Below are positions 1 through 9,990 of a DNA stretch of 27,508 bases, piece after piece (position 1 is the first letter of the stretch; every line of letters begins with the position of its first letter). Position numbers and translations under genes: made by a program. This DNA is from Saprospiraceae bacterium (GTDB taxonomy: Bacteria > Bacteroidota > Bacteroidia > Chitinophagales > Saprospiraceae). The stretch is taken from assembly GCA_041917975.1 (NCBI GenBank), contig JAYRWN010000222.1, positions 1 to 27,508 on the forward strand, read 5' to 3'. The notes beneath the pieces were generated by a model. That model had not been told where the DNA came from. It searched no databases and worked only from the letters and a program-made list of their open reading frames with translations.

Positions 1-9
1 AACAAATTA

Positions 10-3000
10 TCAATTTTCCAACGAAAATATTTCTTTCAACTCCTTATTACTTAAATTCCCGATCCAGTTTTCACCTGCTGAAATTGTCAAGTTAGCCAGG
101 GCCTTTTTATTCTGCATCATTTCATTGATCTTTTCCTCAAAAGTATTTTTAGTTATAAAGCGGTGTACAAACACATTCTTCCGTTGTCCAATGCGATAAG
201 CGCGGTCAGTGGCTTGTGCTTCGACCGCCGGATTCCACCATAAATCATAATGAATGACATGCGTTGCCGCCGTAAGGTTCAACCCCGTACCTCCGGCTTT
301 AAGGGAGAGTATGAATATTTTGTAAGCATGATTATGTTGAAAATTCTCAACCATTTCATTGCGCTTCTTGACGTTACATTGACCATGTAGAAATAATGGT
401 TCATCGCCATAACGTTTAGTAATGAAGTGTTTTAGAATTGTCCCCATCTCAGTGAATTGCGAAAAAAGTAAAACTTTTTCTCCGCTCTCTATGATACTAT
501 CCAGCGTATCAAATAACAACAGTATTTTGCCACTGAGTCCTTCATCATACCGCTTATTCTTCAAATATTGAGCTGGGTGATTACAAATTTGTTTCAAAGC
601 CAGGATCATTTGCAATACCAATCCTCGTCGTACAAATAAACTCTTATGGTCGTTGGATTTTATACTTTCAATATCATACAATGCTTTTTGCAGAGTTTGA
701 TTATATAATGCCGCCTGAGCCGGAGTAAGCAGAGCAAAATTATCCATTTCTATTCGCTCAGGCAAATCAGCAATAATGGACTTGTCTGATTTTAGGCGTC
801 GCAGCATAAAAGGTGAAATAACTTTCTTTAGTTTCTCTGCCAAAGTGATATCATTGTACCGCTCAATGGGGATACTGAACTGCTCGGCAAATTCTTTATT
901 AGAACCCAATAGCCCGCGGTTACTGAAGTCCATGATACTCCATAGCTCGCTTAACCTATTTTCCACCGGAGTACCGCTCATGGCAATATAATTATTTGCC
1001 GGAATACTTTTTACGGCCTTGGTTTGTTCTGCATTCAGATTTTTAATATTCTGGGCCTCATCGATGATCACCACAAACCAGGTACGTTTTATGAACTCAT
1101 TCAGATCGCCGCGAATTGTACCATAGCTGGTAATCACAACATCATACTCACCCTGCATTGGAAGCTTGCGGCCACTGCCATGATAAACAAAAGAGTTCAG
1201 TTTCGGAGCAAATTTCTCAATTTCATTTTCCCAATTACTGATCAATCCGGTAGGAGCTACAACCAGGGCTTTACCTTTATTTAACCACCCCTCCTCCTTA
1301 TATTTCATAATGGTGGTAATGACCTGTAATGTTTTACCCAACCCCATATCATCAGCGATTACTGATCCAAAGCCGATTTTGGCATTGCGATACATCCAGG
1401 AATAACCACGGGTTTGATATGGTCGTAACAAGGCCAAAATACCTTTGGGCAATGGAATCTGTTGATAATTAGTCAAATCGGCAATCATTTTTCTTATCTG
1501 AGGGGTCATTTCAATTTTAGCTCCCCGATATTCTTCGCTGATAGCCGCCTGAAGAAGGTAGAATGAATTTAATTTAGTACCACTCTTAAAATGCTGGTCA
1601 ATTTTCTCCAGATCATTTTTATCAACATAGATATATTGTGATTTATATTTCAGTAATCCATCCGATTTTTTTGTTAAGTCCATAAAATCGGAATAACTAA
1701 GCAGTCGGTCCCCAATCGCTATTTGCCAATCAAAATCGAGGAGTTGTTCCAAGCGCAAAAAGCCTATTCCTTTCTGGGCTTTGGGTTTAATATACAAGGT
1801 GGGTTTTGGTTTTAATATATTTTTTAAAGCAATTGGCAACAGGACTTCGATATTTAATAATTGAATTGCCGGAATAACCTCTGAAAGAAAAGCGGAGAAA
1901 GTTTGGTTATCCATCCGCATGGGTCTCAATCCTCCGGTATTTATGTATTTATCCAAGCCTTTGACATAGGTACTAAGTAATGCCAGATTCTGTAATACTT
2001 CATATCTAATGTTTGCATGTTTTTTTTCACTCAGTAATCTATTTAATGGATAAATAGTTTTTTCCGCCTTTCTGTCAACCATATTGACCATTAAATCAAA
2101 ACTTTGGCCTCGGGTTTCGTCTACAACCAGTTGAGGTATCCATTGGCCCAAAGAAAGAAAATAAATATTCAACCAGGTTGTTATACCGCCACTTAAAGCA
2201 TTTTCACCAGGTCCGTCAAACGACTGGGGTATATTTTTAAAAAACAAAGTGGTGAATTTGTCCTCTTCCGGAGGCTCTGTCAATAAAGGGATTAGTTCTC
2301 CCAGTATCACACTTAATAAATTTAGACTGCGCTGATGATGTATCTCAAAATAGTCTTTGCCATCGGTCCATAAAAATAAGTCTGCCGGGAGTATCTCATC
2401 CAGTTGCTCAACTAAATCTCGAACTTCGGCATTCAGAATAACCGGAAGCCAGCGGATCTTAAAATGATCATCATCCACTTTTATCAATTGAGGTATGATG
2501 GCACCTTTGGCGATCAGATGCAGGGCTAATCGGTAAGCGCTGTCTAATGCGGCAATATACGGTTGAAAGTCATCCACTCGAAAATCTTCCAAGAAGGTCA
2601 ATGCACACAACAGGTCAGGGACGCTCACTTTGTTTTCATTAATGTATGCGCTAGTCCGGCCAAACCTATCTATGGTCACGGTCAGATCGGTAAAATGATC
2701 AATGGCTTGGGTCTCTTTTCTACCGGACCACAGCCTAATTAGGTTAATTTCTTTTTTGATTATTTTATCAGCGTGCCGCACCAGCCTGTTCATGACCGTT
2801 TGATAGGTAGCTTTGAAATCAGCCGAACCAGAATAGAATGGGGGTTTTGATGACAATAAAGCGCTTAAAGGATCATTGAGTTGTGGAATAGAAGTAAAAT
2901 TTATTTTCCTGTATGCTTTTTCAGGGTCGTTATACTTTTGAGCAGTATAATGATCAGGATAATGCAAATGAAACAATGATGGTACTTCTGAATGATTCGA

Positions 3001-3522
3001 TGGAATAATTACACCATATTTTTTCATTTTTTCCACCAAATCCAATTTGTGCAACTTAAAAATCAGAAATGGATCATTGTCAATCTCAGTGCTGACCATA
3101 TAAATTACTGCGGCAAGGTGTTTACATGGTACAGCCCAATCAGGACAGCTGCAGCGCATTTTGTAGTCACTCCATTGTTTAGGAAACACACGCAGGTTGG
3201 CTTGGAGCGCAAGCTTAAGAATTCCTTGGTCTAATTCTTTGTTTAATAATTTGGCGATTAAAGCCGGTTTCTGAGCAAGTTCATCCAGAAATAATCTTAA
3301 TTCCGGGTTGAAAAAAGGCGGGATAATAATTTGTACATTGTATGGCATTGGCTGCCGGCCTTTGACCTTGGCTGAAATAATATTATCAACTATTTGTATA
3401 GATTTTACCGAGCCGTTGCGCGCATACCGGCTTCCCCGGACCAAACGGTTAGAGTAGTCAATGTTCTCCAGGGCATTTAAAAACTTTTCACCCCACCAGG
3501 TATTGCCGAAATAACTTGACAT
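10..3522 (-). CDS. SNF2-family DNA/RNA helicase with an N-terminal SWIM zinc-finger domain (1170 aa, complete)
   Basis: The N-terminus carries a SWIM-type CxC...CxH motif (CSCPDWAVPCKHLAAVIYM). The central/C-terminal SNF2 ATPase motifs are: LADDMGLGKT (motif I, P-loop), DEAQNIKN (DEAH-like motif II), LSGTPVENRLSELWSIMDF (SNF2 motif III) and a helicase-C block (LLFSQFTEMGTILKHF ... GGTGLNLTAATHVIHYDLWWNP...QATDRAYRIGQ). The ATG start is at 3522 and the stop is inside the window. Confidence 0.85.
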   Translation of the reverse strand: MSSYFGNTWWGEKFLNALENIDYSNRLVRGSRYARNGSVKSIQIVDNIISAKVKGRQPMPYNVQIIIPPFFNPELRLFLDELAQKPALIAKLLNKELDQGILKLALQANLRVFPKQWSDYKMRCSCPDWAVPCKHLAAVIYMVSTEIDNDPFLIFKLHKLDLVEKMKKYGVIIPSNHSEVPSLFHLHYPDHYTAQKYNDPEKAYRKINFTSIPQLNDPLSALLSSKPPFYSGSADFKATYQTVMNRLVRHADKIIKKEINLIRLWSGRKETQAIDHFTDLTVTIDRFGRTSAYINENKVSVPDLLCALTFLEDFRVDDFQPYIAALDSAYRLALHLIAKGAIIPQLIKVDDDHFKIRWLPVILNAEVRDLVEQLDEILPADLFLWTDGKDYFEIHHQRSLNLLSVILGELIPLLTEPPEEDKFTTLFFKNIPQSFDGPGENALSGGITTWLNIYFLSLGQWIPQLVVDETRGQSFDLMVNMVDRKAEKTIYPLNRLLSEKKHANIRYEVLQNLALLSTYVKGLDKYINTGGLRPMRMDNQTFSAFLSEVIPAIQLLNIEVLLPIALKNILKPKPTLYIKPKAQKGIGFLRLEQLLDFDWQIAIGDRLLSYSDFMDLTKKSDGLLKYKSQYIYVDKNDLEKIDQHFKSGTKLNSFYLLQAAISEEYRGAKIEMTPQIRKMIADLTNYQQIPLPKGILALLRPYQTRGYSWMYRNAKIGFGSVIADDMGLGKTLQVITTIMKYKEEGWLNKGKALVVAPTGLISNWENEIEKFAPKLNSFVYHGSGRKLPMQGEYDVVITSYGTIRGDLNEFIKRTWFVVIIDEAQNIKNLNAEQTKAVKSIPANNYIAMSGTPVENRLSELWSIMDFSNRGLLGSNKEFAEQFSIPIERYNDITLAEKLKKVISPFMLRRLKSDKSIIADLPERIEMDNFALLTPAQAALYNQTLQKALYDIESIKSNDHKSLFVRRGLVLQMILALKQICNHPAQYLKNKRYDEGLSGKILLLFDTLDSIIESGEKVLLFSQFTEMGTILKHFITKRYGDEPLFLHGQCNVKKRNEMVENFQHNHAYKIFILSLKAGGTGLNLTAATHVIHYDLWWNPAVEAQATDRAYRIGQRKNVFVHRFITKNTFEEKINEMMQNKKALANLTISAGENWIGNLSNKELKEIFSLEN

Positions 3523-3938
3523 CCTAAAAATCCATTAATTATCGGCTTAAATATACATTTTATTTCTATATGTATTTCTAACTCATTCTTGTCGTTTTAG
3601 GAAAAATGCCATTAATGGGGCGGAAGACTGATCTCTGGGTAGTCGGTTATTTATATTCGTACCTTATCCATTATATCTTGACCACTTTCGACCAAATATT
3701 TTTGGTGGCCAATTTTATTTTTCGCAATAGGAAATAGTTTTCCTTCCAGCCAAATGAATTTGGCTAACCAATTTGCTTTAAATTTTGCTACGCTCACACC
3801 CATATTCTAACTCTCCCTTAGTCGGTTCCGGCTTGGTCGGCTTAACTTACGGGTATCTTTACTTCATAAATTCCATTTGTCTGACCTGGAATCAAAAGAG
3901 CGCAATCCAAAGAATGGAAAATTAAACAATGATATCCC

Positions 3939-4265
3939 TTACGACTCAAACACCAGCCATAGTCCGGCTACAATGATTGTGGCTCCGATAGTGGTTAAGC
4001 CATATAACATGAAATCACCCATACCCGGGGTTAATTGTAACAAGGTAACCATACAACTGATAAAACATAACACGGCGCCTATACCAACCACCACAAATCC
4101 CGTACTTTGCCGTGCAGAGCGTTTAGCTTGCTGCCAGGAATGGACTAATTCCTGAGCACGAGGTTCTTCCACCCCGCTTTGAATTAACAAGCTAAAAACC
4201 TCCTCTTTAGGTTTCCCGTTTTTATACATGGCCTGTATGGTATCCTGATCGACAGTCGCAGACAT
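3939..4265 (-). CDS. small hypothetical membrane protein (108 aa, two predicted TM helices)
   Basis: ATG start. The C-terminal half has two hydrophobic stretches (FVVVGIGAVLCFISCMVTLL and LYGLTTIGATIIVAGLWLVF). I recognise no family motif. The overlapping plus-strand ORF 3877..4155 is judged spurious. Confidence 0.45.
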   Translation of the reverse strand: MSATVDQDTIQAMYKNGKPKEEVFSLLIQSGVEEPRAQELVHSWQQAKRSARQSTGFVVVGIGAVLCFISCMVTLLQLTPGMGDFMLYGLTTIGATIIVAGLWLVFES

Positions 4266-4388
4266 AATTTTATTTTATTTCCATTTCCGAACATTAAGTT
4301 ACATTTATTTTTATTTTTTCACAATTTTATCCCCTATTTTCTCTATCATGACAATTTAAATTCGGAGAAATAATTAAATTTTTTATCA

Positions 4389-5531
4389 GTGCATTTTTTA
4401 CATCTCCTCTTATTAGTTTATGTCCAGCTCATGCAGAATGGCTATGGTTACCCCGAACATAAATTGGGAAGCCAAGTTAAAGAAGTAGTTCTGTGGACTG
4501 CCGGACAAGGCGGTTACCACACTTACCGCATTCCCGCCTTGATAGTTACCCCAAGAGGACATGTGTTAGCTTTTTGCGAGGGCCGAAAAAATGGTCCGAC
4601 CGACGCCGGGGACATCGACCTGCTGGTCCGTAAATCCACCGACTATGGTCGCACCTGGACAGCCTCCACCTTGTTATGGAATGATCAAAACAACACCTGT
4701 GGCAACCCGGCGCCTATCGCAGACCACATCACTGGTGTCGTTTGGTTATTAGCGACCTGGAATCTAGGGTCTGACCGTGAACCAGACATCATTGCCGGAA
4801 AAAGTGAAGATACCCGCCGTATCTATATTCTCTCCAGTGCTGATGATGGGCAAACCTGGTCACCACCACGGGAAATTACCGCCAGTGTGAAAAATCCGGA
4901 TTGGACCTGGTACGCCACCGGACCCGGAAGTGGGATTCAAATGCAGCAAGGCCCTCATCAGGGCCGGTTGATACTGGGTTGTGACCACATAGAGCGTTTG
5001 ACACATCATTATTATTCACACATCATCTTTAGCGATGATCATGGCGCCACTTGGCAACTGGGCGGGAGCAGCCCACAGCATCAGGTGAACGAATGTGAAG
5101 TGGCCGAATTATCCGGAGGCCGATTATTACTAAACATGCGTAATTATAACTCTGAGAGAAAAAATCGCCAGATCGCGTTCAGTAACGATGGTGGATTGAC
5201 CTGGGCAGGACAACGATTTGATACCAGTCTGGTCGATCCGATCTGCCAGGCCAGCCTGTTTTCTTATCAGGACCTAAAAAAACAAGAGGAGCTCAAAGTA
5301 TTATTCTCTAACCCGTCCAGTTTGCGTCGAGAAAACATGACTTTACAGATCAGTAAAGATGAAAGTGCTTCCTGGAGTAAAAAAATTACCTTATACCCCG
5401 GTCCGAGTGCATATTCGGATCTCGCTGTTTTACCGAATAAAAAGGTGGCTTGTTTATACGAGCGCGGCCGTGATAACCCCTATGAAGAAATTGTTCTGAC
5501 CAGCATAAAATTAAAGGACACAAATAATTAA
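4389..5531 (+). CDS. exo-alpha-sialidase (GH33 family, BNR/Asp-box repeats)
   Basis: A YRIPAL...LAFCEGR motif matches the sialidase RIP motif. There are five Asp-box SxDxGxTW repeats (STDYGRTW, SADDGQTW, SDDHGATW, SNDGGLTW, SKDESASW). The annotated start at 4389 is GTG; an in-frame ATG at 4431 (MQNGYGYPEH...) is an alternative. No convincing signal peptide in either case. Confidence 0.85.
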   Translation: MHFLHLLLLVYVQLMQNGYGYPEHKLGSQVKEVVLWTAGQGGYHTYRIPALIVTPRGHVLAFCEGRKNGPTDAGDIDLLVRKSTDYGRTWTASTLLWNDQNNTCGNPAPIADHITGVVWLLATWNLGSDREPDIIAGKSEDTRRIYILSSADDGQTWSPPREITASVKNPDWTWYATGPGSGIQMQQGPHQGRLILGCDHIERLTHHYYSHIIFSDDHGATWQLGGSSPQHQVNECEVAELSGGRLLLNMRNYNSERKNRQIAFSNDGGLTWAGQRFDTSLVDPICQASLFSYQDLKKQEELKVLFSNPSSLRRENMTLQISKDESASWSKKITLYPGPSAYSDLAVLPNKKVACLYERGRDNPYEEIVLTSIKLKDTNN

Positions 5532-5577
5532 TGCTGGCCCTACAAAAATTGTTTAAGACCAACAAGTTTCATAAACT

Positions 5578-5958
5578 ATGGAAATAAAATTATCTAAAAC
5601 ATTTAAAGCCTCTGCTGAAAAACTTTATCAGGCTTTTTTAAATAGTGAGGAACATTCCAGGATGACCGGTGGAATTGCGGTCATCTCCCCTCAGGCTGGC
5701 AGTGTTTTTACGGCTTGGGATGGCTACATTTCCGGTAAAATTCTGGAATTAATCCCTTTCAAAAAAATCGTCCAGTTGTGGCGAACCACAGAATTCCCTG
5801 CTGACCAGCCGGATTCCAAAGTCGAAATAACTTTTACCTCCGTTCCCGAAGGAACAACAGTGACCATCATCCACAGTGAGCTAACCGATTCCGACAAACA
5901 CTATAAAAAAGGCTGGCAGGATTTTTATTTTAAACCCATGGCCAGGTATTTTAAATAG
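5578..5958 (+). CDS. SRPBCC-superfamily protein (AHSA1/activator-of-Hsp90-ATPase-homologue-like, 126 aa)
   Basis: Its size and a MEIKLSKTFKASAEKLYQAFLNSEEHSRMTGG...TFTSVPEGTTVTIIHSEL pattern are typical of bacterial AHSA1/polyketide-cyclase-like SRPBCC proteins. ATG start. Confidence 0.55.
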   Translation: MEIKLSKTFKASAEKLYQAFLNSEEHSRMTGGIAVISPQAGSVFTAWDGYISGKILELIPFKKIVQLWRTTEFPADQPDSKVEITFTSVPEGTTVTIIHSELTDSDKHYKKGWQDFYFKPMARYFK

Positions 5959-6039
5959 ACCTGAAAAATAGGTCGTATTTACTCAGCGCACTTCGGGTTA
6001 TATCATAAACCCATTTACTTGGATTTTTTTTGAATGTAA

Positions 6040-7136
6040 TTAGAATATGGCATAGTTTAATCCCAATCCATAGTTAAAAGAATTTACTGCACGTTGGTTG
6101 GATATGGCCGAATGAGCATAGGATAAATCTACAGCTAAACGCAATTGCGGGCTGAAATAACGGTAATAAGACAAACCAACTGTACCCCCAAGAGTCACAT
6201 TATCCATAGGGTTACTCCCGCTTATGGCTGATCTTAAAGTGAGTATATTGCGTGTGTCAGGATAATAAGCCAGGGAAAAACTCCCCAACCCTTGCCAAAC
6301 ATGACGGTTATATCTATCAGTGTCTTGAAACAACTGATAATTATATCCACCCTGGATGTGGTAATTTATTTGCCATTGCATATTGATGGGTAAAAATTTC
6401 TCATAACCGGCGTGCAGACCCAGTCCATAGGAATAATAATCGGTTTCTTTATGTAATGTCAATTGGGGCATGAACTGAAATCTCTGACCGGAAAAACGAT
6501 TTACCTGGGTGCTGTTCCAATACATATCTTGCAAACGGGTGAAATAACGGATGTCCCTGAGGGGATAGAGATTCTGTGCCGTCAAATACTGATCAATGCG
6601 ATCGAAATCCTCCAACATTTTTAAACGAAAATCATAAAAACGTGTTCGGGCAATATCAGCAAGCAAATGAGCTAAACCGTGCACCTGTTCACCGGAAAAT
6701 TTTCCGGGTTGTCCAGATAATTCTTCCATGGATTTTAACATATACCAGGCCCGCCATCCGGCGGTAACTTCCTCTACCCTACCCCATCCGAATAAATACG
6801 CTGCTCTAAAATCCCCCGAATAATAATCCTGATCTGGCTGCTGTTTATTACTTTGTAAGGTATTATTCGTATTTAATTCAAGGAAATACCGGGAATTTTT
6901 TTTTGATCATCACGGTAATAGTGGTTTTCTACCAATGACTGGCCATAAATTCCGCCAACGCTTGATTGATTAGTTTTATCGAAATTAATATTCACCTGGG
7001 CGCTAAGCACAGCCTGCAGTCGGGGTGTGTTGCGAAACTGATTATAATTTAGATTGCCATTTGCGGTTAAATGATTTGTTTTACCTTCAGGAGGCTGATT
7101 AAAATTTTGACCCTTGCTGAACAAATCCACATCCAA
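6040..7136 (-). pseudogene. frameshifted outer-membrane beta-barrel-like protein gene (two ORF segments, 6040..6741 and 6873..7136, separated by a 1-nt frame change in an A9 tract at 6896..6904)
   Basis: The C-terminus ends ...NYGLGLNYAIF with alternating aromatic/hydrophilic residues and a terminal Phe, which is OMP-like. Hand translation shows the frame of 6873..7136 (...YRDDQKKIPGISLN*) and the frame running into MLKSMEEL... (SKKNSRYFLELNTNNTLQSNKQQPDQDYYSGDFRAAYLFGWGRVEEVTAGWRAWYMLKSMEE) are both open across the T9 run at plus 6896-6904. One extra A fuses them. The upstream frame stays open to about 7283 but has no signal peptide. Further upstream (to ~7406) only short broken frames remain. 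Confidence 0.5.
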
Positions 7137-7666
7137 AGCATGATAGAATAGTTGTGGTAATTTAAAATCCCTCAGGCGAAAGGAGTCCAGACTTTGGGCA
7201 AAAAATAAACAGGGATGGGCGAATGGTCCGGCTCTTGGTACACCATCTTTAGACCATACGACCCACCACCTGCATATAATTAGTCAAGATTATGGCTCCA
7301 GGGGATTTTTGTGGACGTGATCCGTGTGTAGGCTCCGGTGAGACCTCTTTAGCTTATTAAAGGATTATTCACGCAGGAAATTGAAAAATGTTTTAGTTTT
7401 TTCATAGGTCATTTTTTAGAGAGTCGTTAAATCAAAGAAGGCGGTAGTTCAAGTGCAATGCGCAAGTAATTTAATTCATTATTGTACTCGTAGCAAGGTC
7501 CACAGCAGATTTTGAGAGTAGTTTAACACCATGGGCTTTTAGATATTATCAGAATGTTAATACCTTGATGCTTATTAACGAGTCAATAAAAAATTAGTCT
7601 GTAAATTTTCGGTTGCACACTGGTCCGGCAGTCTGGATTTTTGCTTGAAAAATAAAAAATATAATT

Positions 7667-8719
7667 ATGTCATCCTTGTTAACTCCGGAACGAATGTATG
7701 ACGCATTGTTAAACCGGAATAGCCAATATGACGGGTTGTTTTATGCCGCCATCACGACGACCGGCATTTTCTGCCGGCCCATCTGCCGGGCCCGCAAACC
7801 CAAGCCGGAGCATGTCCTTTATTTTCATTCTGCTTCAGCTGCTTTGTCTGCTGGTTTTAGGCCGTGTAAAGTATGCCATCCCCTGGCCGGCGCTGAGCCT
7901 ATTCCGGATTTGATTAACAAATTATTGCAAGAATTGGAGCAAAATCCAACGTGGCGTTACCCGGATGTGCTGTTGCGCAAAAATGGCTTTTCTCCCCATC
8001 AGATAAAACAGTGGTTTTTAAAAAATTATCAGCTGACTTTTCAGGCTTATTTACGCAGTCGCCGCATAGGTGCGGCATTTTTTGAATTAAAGGCGGGACA
8101 GAAAGTTACCGAAGCGGCTTTTAATCAGGACTATGAATCCCTCAGTGGATTTCAGGACCAATTTAAGAAGCTTACCGGGCAGTCCCCTTCACACAGTAAA
8201 CACCTGAATATGGTGACCATAAAACGCATCAGCACACCTTTGGGAGCGATGCTGGCCGCTTTCAGTAATCAGGGTTTATGCCTGCTGGAATTTATGGACC
8301 GCAAAATGTTAAAAACACAATTAAACACGGTGTCTAAACAATTAAATGCAGTCATCCTTCCAGGGGATGATGAACGATTTGCCCAACTGGAAACCGAGCT
8401 ACACGAGTATTTTCAGGGTCGTTTAGTTAAATTTAAAACTATTTTGCACCTGGTAGGCACCGATTTTCAACGGCAAGTCTGGCATGAATTGTTAAAGATT
8501 CCTCCCGGTCAAACCCGGTCTTATAAAGAACAAGCTAAAGCCATTGGCCAACCGGAAGCCATCCGGGCAGTCGCTGGCGCTAATGGCCAAAACCGTATTT
8601 CCATCCTCATCCCTTGCCATCGTGTCATCGGAGCAGATGGTCAATTGGTAGGTTATGGCGGAGGACTGCCCCGGAAAAAATATCTGTTGGATCTCGAAGC
8701 CAGCAAAACTACCGGATAA
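7667..8719 (+). CDS. ada: bifunctional Ada: methylphosphotriester-DNA methyltransferase/AraC-type regulator plus O6-methylguanine-DNA methyltransferase
   Basis: The N-terminal Ada zinc-binding domain FCRPICRARKPKPEHVLYFHSASAALSAGFRPCKVCHP is near-collinear with E. coli Ada. A central AraC-type HTH follows. The C-terminal MGMT active site is IPCHRVIGADGQLVGYGGGL (PCHR motif). Confidence 0.9.
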   Translation: MSSLLTPERMYDALLNRNSQYDGLFYAAITTTGIFCRPICRARKPKPEHVLYFHSASAALSAGFRPCKVCHPLAGAEPIPDLINKLLQELEQNPTWRYPDVLLRKNGFSPHQIKQWFLKNYQLTFQAYLRSRRIGAAFFELKAGQKVTEAAFNQDYESLSGFQDQFKKLTGQSPSHSKHLNMVTIKRISTPLGAMLAAFSNQGLCLLEFMDRKMLKTQLNTVSKQLNAVILPGDDERFAQLETELHEYFQGRLVKFKTILHLVGTDFQRQVWHELLKIPPGQTRSYKEQAKAIGQPEAIRAVAGANGQNRISILIPCHRVIGADGQLVGYGGGLPRKKYLLDLEASKTTG

Positions 8720-8755
8720 ATAGTCCGCCCCATTTTCTGTCCATAAACCCTACTG

Positions 8756-9979
8756 CTAAAGATGTTTGGCTAACTTACCTGCTTGTAAGGCCGGATGAAT
8801 GGTAGCCCCGCGTATCATTTTTGTCAGGCGGCGGTGATAAGCCACATCCTGCCACATGCCTGCAAATTGGGGTCCGGCAAAATTACTGGTCGCCACTGCC
8901 AGCCATTGTCCGGTCTGACAAACCCGCTGTACAGCCAGTTCACCCAATTCTTTAATGATAGACCAATCTAATCCTTCCCAATCCTTAAAATCAACGATGC
9001 CCCAACATTCCGTGGTGATCAAAGGCAACTGTGCTGCTCTGGCAGAAGCGGCTACCAGGTCAATTTCGTCCAATAACAATTTTTGCCAATAGCTTTTTCT
9101 TTCCTGATAGACCCGCAAATGATTTAAGGATAATCGCTGGTAACTGTCGTGGTTAAACCGGTCATAAGCATACCCCACGGCTTTATCGTATTCTCCCTCA
9201 TTGATTTGTGCCATCCAGGTATGATGTTCAAGAAGATCGAAGAATGACAGGTCGGTTTGGGCGTATAAAGCCGGTTGACCTCCGGTGAAGGAGAAACAAT
9301 AGGGTAATTCTGGAAATGCCTGCCGGACTTGACTAATAGCCGTACGCATATAGGTCAGAGATGTTGGGGTGTGCCAGTATCCCCAGGTTTTATCCGGCGG
9401 ATCATTCTTAAAAAATGGACACCATAGGTCTCCCGGCCACTCGTTACACAGGTCTACATACAAGATAACATCCAATAAATCGTCATCAGCAATGGAACGC
9501 AGTGTTTTAATCCAGTTTTGCGCCATGTCTTCAGGGCCCCGGATTAACATTCGCGCCTGGGTTGTATCTTCCCGATACCAGGAGGATAAACCGACTTTTA
9601 TATCCCGTTCTTTGCATTTGCGCAGGAAAGTATTCAAAGCCGGCTGGACTTGCACGGTAATTTTCTCAGGGCTACCCCATAACTGAACACTCCAAACCGG
9701 CACCAGGGTGTATTCCCGCTCAGCCTCCGGACCTACTAAATGGGGGTAGGCATCTATTCTGATTGCATTATACCCGCGGTCGGCCAATTCATCCAGCACA
9801 CGATCCCAATCCTCATAACCCGAACCGGGCCATCGCCGTTCCAGCCACGAAAAATCCCACATGGTAATCGACCGTGGTTGAAGGTTATTTGGCGCAGATG
9901 GCCAAGTAGAATTCAGAGATGTCATGGATGTTCCGGTAGATAAGACTGCCGCGTTATAAATGAATTGCCGACGATCCAT
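8756..9979 (-). CDS. Tat-exported glycoside hydrolase, clan GH-A (GH5-like/cellulase-like fold)
   Basis: The N-terminal twin-arginine signal is MDRRQFIYNAAVLSTGTSM. Candidate acid/base motif LCNEWPG and nucleophile motif ITTECWG are in the clan GH-A arrangement. It is the last gene of the minus-strand operon. Confidence 0.55.
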   Translation of the reverse strand: MDRRQFIYNAAVLSTGTSMTSLNSTWPSAPNNLQPRSITMWDFSWLERRWPGSGYEDWDRVLDELADRGYNAIRIDAYPHLVGPEAEREYTLVPVWSVQLWGSPEKITVQVQPALNTFLRKCKERDIKVGLSSWYREDTTQARMLIRGPEDMAQNWIKTLRSIADDDLLDVILYVDLCNEWPGDLWCPFFKNDPPDKTWGYWHTPTSLTYMRTAISQVRQAFPELPYCFSFTGGQPALYAQTDLSFFDLLEHHTWMAQINEGEYDKAVGYAYDRFNHDSYQRLSLNHLRVYQERKSYWQKLLLDEIDLVAASARAAQLPLITTECWGIVDFKDWEGLDWSIIKELGELAVQRVCQTGQWLAVATSNFAGPQFAGMWQDVAYHRRLTKMIRGATIHPALQAGKLAKHL

Positions 9980-9990
9980 ACTCTACACAT

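Noticed and set aside
776-3234. Plus-strand ORFs 776..991, 1024..1284 and 2992..3234 inside the helicase gene
   Set aside because: They lie fully antisense to a 1170-aa ORF with clear SNF2/SWIM motifs and have low-complexity, motif-free translations. They are shadow ORFs.
3604-3803. Overlapping short ORFs (plus 3604..3735, 43 aa; minus 3651..3803, 50 aa) between the helicase and the small membrane protein
   Set aside because: Both are below the usual size cut-off, overlap each other and have no recognisable motif. They are mentioned only as possibilities under the helicase finding.
5956-5980. Hairpin GACCT-gaaaaat-AGGTC after the SRPBCC gene as a terminator for the convergent pair 5578..5958 / 6040..6741
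   Set aside because: It has only a 5-bp stem with a weak T-run (GTATTT), so it is too marginal to annotate.
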